Of a stretch of DNA of 64,000 nucleotides, positions 56,280 through 64,000 are shown one piece after another. Origin of the DNA: Gammaproteobacteria bacterium. GTDB taxonomy: Bacteria; Pseudomonadota; Gammaproteobacteria; Eutrophobiales; Eutrophobiaceae. Positions within the stretch are counted from its first letter, which is position 1. Every line of letters begins with the position of its first letter. The notes beneath the pieces were generated by a model. The model worked only from the letters and a program-made list of their open reading frames with translations, was not told the DNA's origin and made no database searches. The translations under genes were made by a program, and so were the position numbers. The stretch is from the NCBI GenBank assembly GCA_965208655.1, contig CBDBPJ010000006.1:259839-323838 (forward strand). Direction: 5' to 3'.

Positions 56280-56981
56280 ATGAGAGTTTTCACCCACCTG
56301 GTTCGCTGGATTAATCCCGGCATTTTTCTCGTGCCGGGTATTTTGTTCATGGTTGCACCGGCCCTTGCCGAACAATGGATACCGGTCTACGAGGAACCCA
56401 GGCACCGGCTGGTATTCGAAAACGACCATGCAATGATACTGAATGTGTACATTCCACCCGGTGATGTGAGCCTCTATCATGAACACAGGATTGACCTGCT
56501 GTACGTGACCATCAGCGGGACCACGGTGTGGGCGCAACCGCTCGGCGGGGAAAAGCGGGAAGCGAACGTAACAACCGGCGATCTGAGATTCAGTTCCGAT
56601 AACCATCCCCTCCCCCATGTCCACCGTGTAGGGAATGTCGGTGTTACCCCCTTCCATGTTGTGGGGGTCGGAATAAAGGACGGGATATCAGGAGTGGAGC
56701 ACCCAATCGAAGGTGATACCAGCGGTATGGTACTGGACCAGGTCAAACCCCACGCCGGCGTCTACCGGATTCGGCTCGGACCCGGTGAGATATCCGGTAC
56801 GCATACCCACAATCTGCCCTTTACCGCGGTCAACCTGACTTCGGGCATATTACTGGCGGAACATGGTGAAGCGCAATCCGTGAAAGCGGGGGAATATCAC
56901 TGGTACGAGGCCGGCTTAAGCCATCGTTATGAAAATACCGGTGATGAGCCAATCGAAATAATCGAGATACAGTGGCGTTAA
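56280..56981 (+). CDS. periplasmic bicupin-domain protein
   Basis: 233 aa. Signal peptide ...FMVAPALA|EQW. Two cupin metal motifs (SLYHEHRIDLLYV and GTHTHNLPF). Function unknown. Confidence 0.5.
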   Translation: MRVFTHLVRWINPGIFLVPGILFMVAPALAEQWIPVYEEPRHRLVFENDHAMILNVYIPPGDVSLYHEHRIDLLYVTISGTTVWAQPLGGEKREANVTTGDLRFSSDNHPLPHVHRVGNVGVTPFHVVGVGIKDGISGVEHPIEGDTSGMVLDQVKPHAGVYRIRLGPGEISGTHTHNLPFTAVNLTSGILLAEHGEAQSVKAGEYHWYEAGLSHRYENTGDEPIEIIEIQWR

Positions 56982-57760
56982 GGAGTGAAATTCAGGCGCT
57001 TTAACAACTTGTCGTCTACCATGATCATGTCGCGGTACCACACAAGCCAGTGGATTCTTACTTCTATATTTTCCGTGTCCGGTTCCAGCGTAAAGCACGA
57101 GGCCCAGCCCAGGTTGAGCAATATTGATGGATCCGGAAACGGTTCGCCTTCGGGAATTACCAATGGAAAGATACGGTCATCAGTAGTGACACGGGTATCG
57201 TCTTCATACACGTAATCGCCGCGAATATAACTGTCATCCCTCGGGATGGGCCGGTTACTTCCGGGGAACGCCGTGTAGTATATCACCGGATGTTGTGGGT
57301 CCGGGTGCTCCGGCAACGGGATTTCCCGGGCCAGCAGGCGGGTGCCGTCCGCATACCGAATCAAGGCTTCGATGTGATCAGGACTCGGAACTGGCCGCCC
57401 CGTTAGCTCGCCTCTGTCCACGGCGTGCATATGCATGACGTTGACGGCCATATGGGCTTTGACCGTGGGCGCAAGAAATCTGACCCAACCCCTTTTCTGC
57501 AGGCACTTTATCAGGATTGGCATGGCAGCCGTACGGATTTCCTGCCGGTCCGGTTTGGCCAGGCTGCCGACTTTCACCATGTCCTGCCAGTATTTCCTGG
57601 CCTCGCTCTCGACAAAGGCCTGATGAGGACGCCCGGGGCCCATAGGTTCGGTCTCATCGGATTCCAATCTCGGACTCTTTGTAACAGGCGCTCCCTCTTC
57701 CTGCTCATGTTCCGGGGCAGGCCGGGGACCCCGTACCCGGGCTGTTCTTTTTCCCGGCAT
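56978..57760 (-). CDS. hypothetical protein with basic/acidic low-complexity N-terminus
   Basis: 260 aa. First ~60 aa are Arg/Pro/Glu-rich. No recognisable motifs. Convergent 4-nt overlap with the cupin gene. Confidence 0.35.
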   Translation of the reverse strand: MPGKRTARVRGPRPAPEHEQEEGAPVTKSPRLESDETEPMGPGRPHQAFVESEARKYWQDMVKVGSLAKPDRQEIRTAAMPILIKCLQKRGWVRFLAPTVKAHMAVNVMHMHAVDRGELTGRPVPSPDHIEALIRYADGTRLLAREIPLPEHPDPQHPVIYYTAFPGSNRPIPRDDSYIRGDYVYEDDTRVTTDDRIFPLVIPEGEPFPDPSILLNLGWASCFTLEPDTENIEVRIHWLVWYRDMIMVDDKLLKRLNFTP

Positions 57761-58076
57761 CAGTTAGTTCCCCGCTGTTGAATGCATGAAGCTGTTAACT
57801 ACGATTGGATTAGTGCGTTACGATTCTGCTCATGCAGGGTAGGCTTATAGCCTGAAGGTATATTTCCCGACGATACAGAATTTTTATAGCCTGAAGTTCA
57901 GATAATGGCAAGTGACAATTTACCAGTGAACCGGGTGCCGGAGACCAGGGTGTGATATAAACCGGGGTTTTCCTCCGGTGCGTGAATCCCCGAAGTTGTG
58001 TACGCTTGAAATTTACCTGTAATACCGCTATATTTTAGCCAGATATGCTGATGTCAGGATATTTGTCGGTGTTCAA

Positions 58077-58435
58077 GGGGGCGTATCTGGTTTCGACGAG
58101 GGTACTGAAACCCAAGGGGCATGCCGAGGTGCAGACTACCTCGTTAATCCATCTGCAAACTTTTATAGTTGACGAAGAGTACAACTACGCTCTGGCCGCT
58201 TAAAAGCAGGCCAGCCTCTGACTGAACTGTGCTTGTGCTGTCTACTCAGAGGTCATATACACAAGATCGCGATGAAGTCTGTCCGGGGCGGATTCGCTAA
58301 AACTTAACGGACTCGTCGCCCGCATTCCCCCGCCGTTTCGGGCAGCAGGTGATTAAATTTAAAGATTCGGCTAAGCATGTAGAACCGAAGGCAGAGGGCT
58401 CGCGGACGCCGGTTCGACTCCGGCCGCCTCCACCA
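58077..58435 (+). ncRNA. ssrA: tmRNA (ssrA)
   Basis: 5' GGGGGCGTATCTGGTTTCGACG..., 3' ...GGTTCGACTCCGGCCGCCTCCACCA (tRNA-Ala-like acceptor/T-arm). Internal tag reading frame ...gttgacgaagagtacaactacgctctggccgcttaa encodes ...VDEEYNYALAA*. Confidence 0.9.
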
Positions 58436-58460
58436 TTTAACCCTGTTGCGCTGATCAGAT

Positions 58461-59885
58461 TCAGTTCCTGGTCTGCAGATACAGGTCCGTAACCGTGCCT
58501 TCGAATACGTCAGCGGAGAAGGCGACAGTTTCCGACAACGTGGGATGGGGATGGATGGTCAGGCCGATGTCCTCCGCCGTGCAGTCCATCTCGATGGCCA
58601 GGGCCACCTCTGCAATCAGGTCGCCGGCATTGCTGCCGGTGATTCCTGCGCCGATAACGCGCCGGGTTTCCTTGTCGAATATCAACTTGGTCAACCCTTC
58701 GTTGCGGCCCAGGCTCAGGGAACGTCCGCTGGCCGCCCAGGGGAACACGCCTATGCCGTAGTTGAGACCCTGCTGTTTCGCCTCGGCTTCCGTAACACCC
58801 ACCCAGGCGACTTCCGGGTCCGTGTAGGCCACGGACGGGATCACCCTGGCGTCGAACCAGCTTTTCATGCCGGCGGCGACTTCCGCGGCCACCCTGCCCT
58901 CATGGGTGGCCTTATGGGCCAGCATGGGCGGGCCGGTCACGTCGCCGACGGCGAAGATATCGGCCACGTTGGTGCGTTGCTGTTTGTCCACGGGGATAAA
59001 TCCCTGCTCATCGACGTTAACGCCGGCGTTCCCGGCGCCGGTCTGTGCGCCGTCAGGGCGCCGGCCCACCGCCACCAGGACCCGGTCGAAGGTATCTTGA
59101 GACGGCGCCCCGGGACCGGAAAACCCGACCGTCAAACCGTTTTCGTCCGGCTTGATCCCGGTCACGCGGGTGCCCGGGAAAATATTTTCATACTGACCGG
59201 CAATGCGTTTCTGCAAGGGTTTCACCAGGTCGGGGTCGGCGCCGGTCATCAGGTTGTCGAGCAGTTCGACCACGGTGACCCTGCTGCCCAGTTCGTGGTA
59301 AACAGTAGCCATCTCCAGGCCGATAATCCCGCCGCCGATGACCAGTAACCTGGGCGGTATCTCCGGCAGGGCCAGGGCCGCCGTGGAATCCATAACACGG
59401 GGGTCATCGGGGCAGCCAGGCAGGTTTACGGGCCGTGAACCGACGGCAATGATGGCCTTGTCAAACACCACGTCCTGCTCCCCGTCACCGGTGTCCACGG
59501 CGATCCGGTTGGGCGAGGTAAACTGACCCGATCCCTGAACCAGCGTGACCTTTCTTTGTCTCGCCAGCCCTTTCAGCCCGCCGGTCAACCGCGCTACAAC
59601 CTTCTCCTTCCAGCCCAGCAACCCGGGCCGGTTAATGTCCGGCGCGCCGAATTCGATCCCGTAAGCCGCGGCTTCCCTGGCGTCGCTGATGACCCTGGCC
59701 GCATGCAGCAGGGCCTTGGAGGGAATGCAGCCGACGTTCAGGCATACGCCCCCCAGGGTGGGATAGCGTTCGATCAAAACGGTGTTCAGGCCCAGGTCGG
59801 CGGCGCGGAACGCCGCCGTATAGCCGCCCGGCCCGGAACCCAGTACCGCGACGTCCGCCCGTATCGTTGTTTTCTCTACTGACAT
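58461..59885 (-). CDS. lpdA: dihydrolipoyl dehydrogenase (E3)
   Basis: Start at MSVEKTTIRADVAVLGSGPGGY, aligns to E. coli LpdA MSTEIKTQVVVLGAGPAGY. Redox-active GGVCLNVGCIPSK. C-terminal HPHPTLSE. The 10-codon upstream extension to 59915 was rejected. Confidence 0.85.
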   Translation of the reverse strand: MSVEKTTIRADVAVLGSGPGGYTAAFRAADLGLNTVLIERYPTLGGVCLNVGCIPSKALLHAARVISDAREAAAYGIEFGAPDINRPGLLGWKEKVVARLTGGLKGLARQRKVTLVQGSGQFTSPNRIAVDTGDGEQDVVFDKAIIAVGSRPVNLPGCPDDPRVMDSTAALALPEIPPRLLVIGGGIIGLEMATVYHELGSRVTVVELLDNLMTGADPDLVKPLQKRIAGQYENIFPGTRVTGIKPDENGLTVGFSGPGAPSQDTFDRVLVAVGRRPDGAQTGAGNAGVNVDEQGFIPVDKQQRTNVADIFAVGDVTGPPMLAHKATHEGRVAAEVAAGMKSWFDARVIPSVAYTDPEVAWVGVTEAEAKQQGLNYGIGVFPWAASGRSLSLGRNEGLTKLIFDKETRRVIGAGITGSNAGDLIAEVALAIEMDCTAEDIGLTIHPHPTLSETVAFSADVFEGTVTDLYLQTRN

Positions 59886-59986
59886 ATTATTGAATCCGCT
59901 GCATTTTATTCTCATCCATCATTTTTTGCACTGTTGTTTTACGCAGCTTATCCACAACCAATTCAATGGTAAATCACAGCAACATC

Positions 59987-60035
59987 CACAAGGTATTGTA
60001 GTGTAAATACCACTTGACCACATAATGTAGTAGTG
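59987..60035. promoter_or_regulatory. Candidate tandem NrdR boxes upstream of nrdAB
   Basis: cacaaggtattgtagtg (59987-60003) and cacataatgtagtagtg (60019-60035). Both are imperfect CACA...TAGTG palindromes 32 bp apart (three helical turns), 100-150 nt upstream of nrdA. Confidence 0.35.
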
Positions 60036-60136
60036 CAATAATCAGCTTTGCGTAACAAACTTCATCTCGTTTCCGGGTTCCTGACCAGGCCCGGAAGTGA
60101 TAATACCAAAACTAGAACGTTGTGCGGATACGGCTT

Positions 60137-63067
60137 ATGCAAAGCGAAAAACCTGTCCTGGTGGAGTCCGTAGTTGATATTAACACCGATAATATTCACA
60201 CGGATAATGAACTTGCCCGACAGAACGGCGACCAGCCGAATCGCGAATATACCGATGAATTAAACACCTACCAGCCCGGTGAATACAACGTCATTCGCCG
60301 CAACGGCAAAGTGACGGCCTTCAACGCATCAAAGATTAATGTCGCCATAACCAAGGCGTTCTTGGAAGTGGAAGGCGGTACGGCTGCCGCGTCGACCCGT
60401 GTGCACGAAAAAGTAGCGGTTCTCAGCGAGCAGGTAGTCAGCGCCCTGACGCGCCGCCTGCCCAGCGGCGGCACCGTACACATTGAGGACATCCAGGACC
60501 AGGTTGAACTGGCATTAATGCGCGCCGGCGAGCAGAAGGTTGCCCGCGCCTACGTGCTCTACAGGGAAGACCGGGCACGGGCCCGTGTTGAAAAAGAAAA
60601 GGAAGAAGATGTTGAACAAACCGGGGCGGCGGGCGGCATCAACGTTAAGACCAGGGATGGCGCCTTAAAACAACTGGACATGGATCGCCTTGTCGCGATC
60701 GTCGATGAGGCCTGTAACGGCCTGGAACACGTCGACGGCCGTCTTATTATCGATGACACGTTGCGCAATCTGTTCGACGGCGTCAACGAGGCAGATGTCA
60801 ACCCGGCCCTGGTAATGAGCGCCCGGGCGCTGATCGAAAAAGAACCGAATTACTCTTACGTTGCCGCCCGCCTGTTGCTGGACGGTTTGCGCAGGGAAGC
60901 CCTGAGCTATGTCAACCAGAACGATATGGAGGCAACCCAGGCGCAAATGGCGGAGCAATATCCGCTGTATTTCCATAAATACATCGAAACGGCCTCCGCC
61001 CTGGACCTGCTGGGCCATGAACTGGTGAAGTATGACCTTGACCGCCTGGGCAAGGCGCTGAAACCTGAACGTGACCACTTGTTCACCTACCTCGGCCTGC
61101 AGACCCTGTACGACCGTTACTTCATCCATACCGACGAACAGGTTCGTATCGAATTACCGCAGGTTTTCTTCATGCGCGTGGCAATGGGCCTGGCCATCAA
61201 CGAACTGGACCGGGAAACCAGGACGATTGAGTTTTATGAGCTGCTGTCTTCCTTCGACTTCATGAGTTCCACGCCCACCCTGTTCAATTCGGGGACATGC
61301 CGGCCGCAGCTTTCCAGTTGCTACCTGAGCACGGTGCCCGATAACCTGGACGGGATCTTCAGCGCGATCAAGGATGATGCCCTGTTGTCCAAATTTGCCG
61401 GCGGCCTGGGCAATGACTGGAGCCGGGTCCGCTCAATGGGCGCGCATATCAAGGGGACCAACGGAAAATCCCAGGGCGTCGTGCCCTTTCTCAAGGTTGC
61501 CAATGATACCGCCGTCGCAGTCAACCAGGGCGGGAAACGCAAGGGCGCCATGTGCGCTTACCTGGAAAGCTGGCATCTCGATATCGAGGAGTTTCTGGAA
61601 CTGCGCAAAAACACCGGTGACGACCGGCGCCGTACCCATGACATGAATACCGCCAACTGGATCCCGGATCTGTTCATGCAACGGGTCAGTGAGGGCGGCG
61701 GCTGGACCCTGTTCTCGCCGGACGATACGACGGACCTGCATGACCTGTATGGGGAGGAGTTCAGCCAACGTTACGTCGAATACGAACAAATGGCAGCCCG
61801 CGGCGAGCTTAAACTGCACAAGGCCATCAAGGCGGCGGACCTGTGGCGCAAGATGCTTTCCATGCTGTACGAAACCGGCCACCCCTGGCTCACGTTCAAG
61901 GACCCCTGCAACCTGCGTTCGCCGCAACAGCATACCGGCGTGGTGCATTCATCCAACCTGTGTACCGAGATAACGCTGAATACCTCCGACGATGAGATCG
62001 CGGTCTGCAATCTCGGTTCCGTCAATCTGGCGCAGCACGTGAACGAAAACGGACTTGACCAGGATAAGCTGGAACACACCGTTAACGTCGCCATGCGTAT
62101 GCTGGATAACGTAATCGACTACAACTACTACAGCGTGCCGCAGGCGCGCCGTTCCAATCTGAAACACCGCCCGGTAGGTATGGGCATCATGGGATTCCAG
62201 GATGCGTTGTATAAACTGCGCCTCCCCTACGCTTCCGGGGAAGCGATCGAGTTTGCCGACAACAGCATGGAGATGGTCAGTTACTACGCAATCAAGGCGT
62301 CAACCAACCTGGCTGAAGAACGCGGCACTTACACCAGTTTCAAGGGTTCGCTCTGGAGCAAGGGAATTTTGCCGATCGATTCCATCGACATACTGGAAAA
62401 ACACCGCAACGGCTACCTGGACATGGACAAGGCCCATAAACTGGATTGGAACAGTTTACGCAAACGTGTGAAAAAGACGGGCATGCGTAACTCCAACTGC
62501 ATGGCCATTGCGCCCACCGCGACCATTTCCAACATCTGCGGTGTCAGCCAGTCCATCGAACCGACCTACCAGAACCTGTTCGTCAAATCAAACCTGTCCG
62601 GTGAGTTTACCGTAGTCAATCCTTACATGGTCAACGATCTCAAGGAACGCGGTCTCTGGGATGACGTCATGGTCAGCGACCTCAAGTATTTTGACGGCAG
62701 CGTGCAACAGGTCGACCGCATTCCTGATTATTTGAAACTGCTTTACTCGACCGCTTTTGAGATAGACCCGCGCTGGCTGGTGGAATGCGCATCCCGCCGG
62801 CAGAAATGGATCGACCAGGCACAGTCGCTCAACCTGTACATGTCCGAACCGGACGGCAAGAAAATGGACAACCTGTACAAGCTGGCCTGGATACGCGGGC
62901 TCAAGACAACCTATTACCTGCGCAGCCTGGGTGCAACGCACGTAGAGAAAAGCACCCTGAGCGGCGGCCGGGAAACCAAGCTGGCAGCGGTTGAACGTAC
63001 CGGCCACGGCCAGGCCGAACCCCAGGTTTGTTCGCTGGATGACGCGGATTGCGAGTCATGCCAGTGA
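60137..63067 (+). CDS. nrdA: ribonucleoside-diphosphate reductase class Ia alpha subunit
   Basis: About 976 aa. N-terminal ATP-cone (VIRRNGKVTAFNASKINVAITKAF), catalytic core with CNLGSVNL and C-terminal redox Cys pair (...DDADCESCQ*). ATG at 60137 preferred. GTG at 60122 is the alternative start. Confidence 0.9.
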   Translation: MQSEKPVLVESVVDINTDNIHTDNELARQNGDQPNREYTDELNTYQPGEYNVIRRNGKVTAFNASKINVAITKAFLEVEGGTAAASTRVHEKVAVLSEQVVSALTRRLPSGGTVHIEDIQDQVELALMRAGEQKVARAYVLYREDRARARVEKEKEEDVEQTGAAGGINVKTRDGALKQLDMDRLVAIVDEACNGLEHVDGRLIIDDTLRNLFDGVNEADVNPALVMSARALIEKEPNYSYVAARLLLDGLRREALSYVNQNDMEATQAQMAEQYPLYFHKYIETASALDLLGHELVKYDLDRLGKALKPERDHLFTYLGLQTLYDRYFIHTDEQVRIELPQVFFMRVAMGLAINELDRETRTIEFYELLSSFDFMSSTPTLFNSGTCRPQLSSCYLSTVPDNLDGIFSAIKDDALLSKFAGGLGNDWSRVRSMGAHIKGTNGKSQGVVPFLKVANDTAVAVNQGGKRKGAMCAYLESWHLDIEEFLELRKNTGDDRRRTHDMNTANWIPDLFMQRVSEGGGWTLFSPDDTTDLHDLYGEEFSQRYVEYEQMAARGELKLHKAIKAADLWRKMLSMLYETGHPWLTFKDPCNLRSPQQHTGVVHSSNLCTEITLNTSDDEIAVCNLGSVNLAQHVNENGLDQDKLEHTVNVAMRMLDNVIDYNYYSVPQARRSNLKHRPVGMGIMGFQDALYKLRLPYASGEAIEFADNSMEMVSYYAIKASTNLAEERGTYTSFKGSLWSKGILPIDSIDILEKHRNGYLDMDKAHKLDWNSLRKRVKKTGMRNSNCMAIAPTATISNICGVSQSIEPTYQNLFVKSNLSGEFTVVNPYMVNDLKERGLWDDVMVSDLKYFDGSVQQVDRIPDYLKLLYSTAFEIDPRWLVECASRRQKWIDQAQSLNLYMSEPDGKKMDNLYKLAWIRGLKTTYYLRSLGATHVEKSTLSGGRETKLAAVERTGHGQAEPQVCSLDDADCESCQ

Positions 63068-63110
63068 CGGGGAATTAGGAATTACGAATTAGGAATTAGG
63101 AATTGAAAAA
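63068..63110. repeat. Heptamer tandem repeat (GGAATTA/CGAATTA)x5
   Basis: ggggaattaggaattacgaattaggaattaggaattg is the reverse-complement family of the AATTCGT repeats at 1597-1680. Lies in the nrdA-nrdB spacer. Confidence 0.5.
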
Positions 63111-63134
63111 CTTGGTAACTGAATGGGGAATATT

Positions 63135-64000
63135 ATGCTGACCAGTTGGGATGATCCTATTGCCGGTGTCAAGCAGACAAAATCTGAAGACAGCTTGCCG
63201 CCTCAATCGTTAGCAGGGAACGGCCTTGATGCGGTGGACGGCGCCAGCCCCCCCGTTCCGGACGCTTTCCCGGCGCCCGGGCCTGACCTGGGCGGCATAA
63301 CCGGCCTGGAAGAAGTTGAATTCGGCGCCGGCAGGATCAGTGTCGATGACAAACAGATGATCAACTGCCGCGCTGACCTGAACCAACTGGTGCCGTTCAA
63401 ATACAAATGGGCCTGGCAAAAATACCTGGACGCATGCGCCAATCACTGGATGCCCCAGGAAATCAACATGACGGCAGACATCGCTCTGTGGAAAAACCCC
63501 GACGGCCTGACCGAAGATGAGCGGACCGTCATTAAACGGAACCTGGGATTCTTTGCCTCCGCGGATTCGCTGGTAGCCAACAACCTGGTGCTGGCAGTGT
63601 ACCGGCACATAACCAATCCCGAGTGCCGCCAATACCTGCTGCGACAGGCGTTTGAAGAGGCATTGCACACCCATGCCTACCAGTACTGCGTCGAATCCCT
63701 GGGGCTGGACCAAGCCGAGGTATTCAACATGTATCGCGAAGTCCCTTCCATACACGACAAGGCGTCCTGGGCAATGCGCTTTACCCAAAGCCTCGGGGAC
63801 CCGACCTTCCATACCGGCACGCCGGCGGCTGATCAGCGCCTGCTGCGGGACCTGATTGCCTTTTATATCGTATTCGAAGGCATCTTTTTCTACGTGGGCT
63901 TCGTACAGGTCCTGTCCATGGGGCGGCGCAACAAGATGACGGGTTGCGCAGAGCAGTTCCAATACATCCTGCGGGATGAATCCATGCACATGAACTTCGG
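63135..64000 (+). CDS. nrdB: ribonucleoside-diphosphate reductase class Ia beta subunit (3' end outside the window)
   Basis: Open frame from ATG 63135 to the window end. [45 protein letters not shown] (diiron ligands), [12 protein letters not shown]. Confidence 0.88.
   Translation, partial: MLTSWDDPIAGVKQTKSEDSLPPQSLAGNGLDAVDGASPPVPDAFPAPGPDLGGITGLEEVEFGAGRISVDDKQMINCRADLNQLVPFKYKWAWQKYLDACANHWMPQEINMTADIALWKNPDGLTEDERTVIKRNLGFFASADSLVANNLVLAVYRHITNPECRQYLLRQAFEEALHTHAYQYCVESLGLDQAEVFNMYREVPSIHDKASWAMRFTQSLGDPTFHTGTPAADQRLLRDLIAFYIVFEGIFFYVGFVQVLSMGRRNKMTGCAEQFQYILRDESMHMNF

Noticed and set aside
58545-59348. 267-aa plus-strand ORF
   Set aside because: Antisense to lpdA.
63210-63989. 259-aa minus-strand ORF
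   Set aside because: Antisense to nrdB, which has a continuous open frame with diiron-site motifs running to the window end.

Overview
High-GC (~60%) gammaproteobacterial-like chromosomal window with about 60 genes on both strands. The housekeeping backbone is asnS, efp, parC/parE, xseB-ispA, mazG, yoaA-like helicase, lpdA, nrdA/nrdB, tRNA-Thr(UGU) and tmRNA. Between 26 and 43 kb lies a dense set of pterin/quinone cofactor genes: molybdopterin synthesis (moaA-fdhD-mobA-mobB-moeA, moaB, moaC, moaD, moaE), PQQ synthesis split in two (pqqB at 30.4 kb, pqqCDE at 39.4 kb, no pqqA found), methanofuran/H4MPT-type genes (MfnB-like, DUF447, 487-aa DHPS-like), pterin-4a-carbinolamine dehydratase, folP, and a CbbQ/CbbO (NorQ/NorD-type) AAA+/VWA pair with no Rubisco or NOR partner. 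At 46-50 kb there is a tungsten-type aldehyde:ferredoxin oxidoreductase operon (ferredoxin-AOR-FAD reductase-MoaD-like), transcribed divergently from PQQ-alcohol-dehydrogenase accessory genes (periplasmic binding protein, YVTN beta-propeller). Transporters present: AtoE, MATE, AmpG-like and OFA MFS, CPA2 antiporter, TonB receptor, porin. A small tRNA-Thr-to-tmRNA islet holds a DUF4143 ATPase fragment, a tautomerase, a periplasmic cupin and a hypothetical. Intergenic space carries several repeat families: a dRS3/REP-like 26-nt palindrome (at least 8 copies, one triple tandem), a conserved core inside different but perfectly complementary 23-24-bp stems (2 copies, covariation-like), an ACAGGATA inverted-repeat element whose left arm supplies the ATG of the adjacent minus-strand gene (2 copies), a 26-bp perfect inverted repeat overlapping the folP stop, AATTCGT heptamer tracts and a 9-mer tandem repeat. 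No CRISPR array, transposase or integrase ORF was seen. All functional calls are from protein motif recognition by eye, since no searches could be run.
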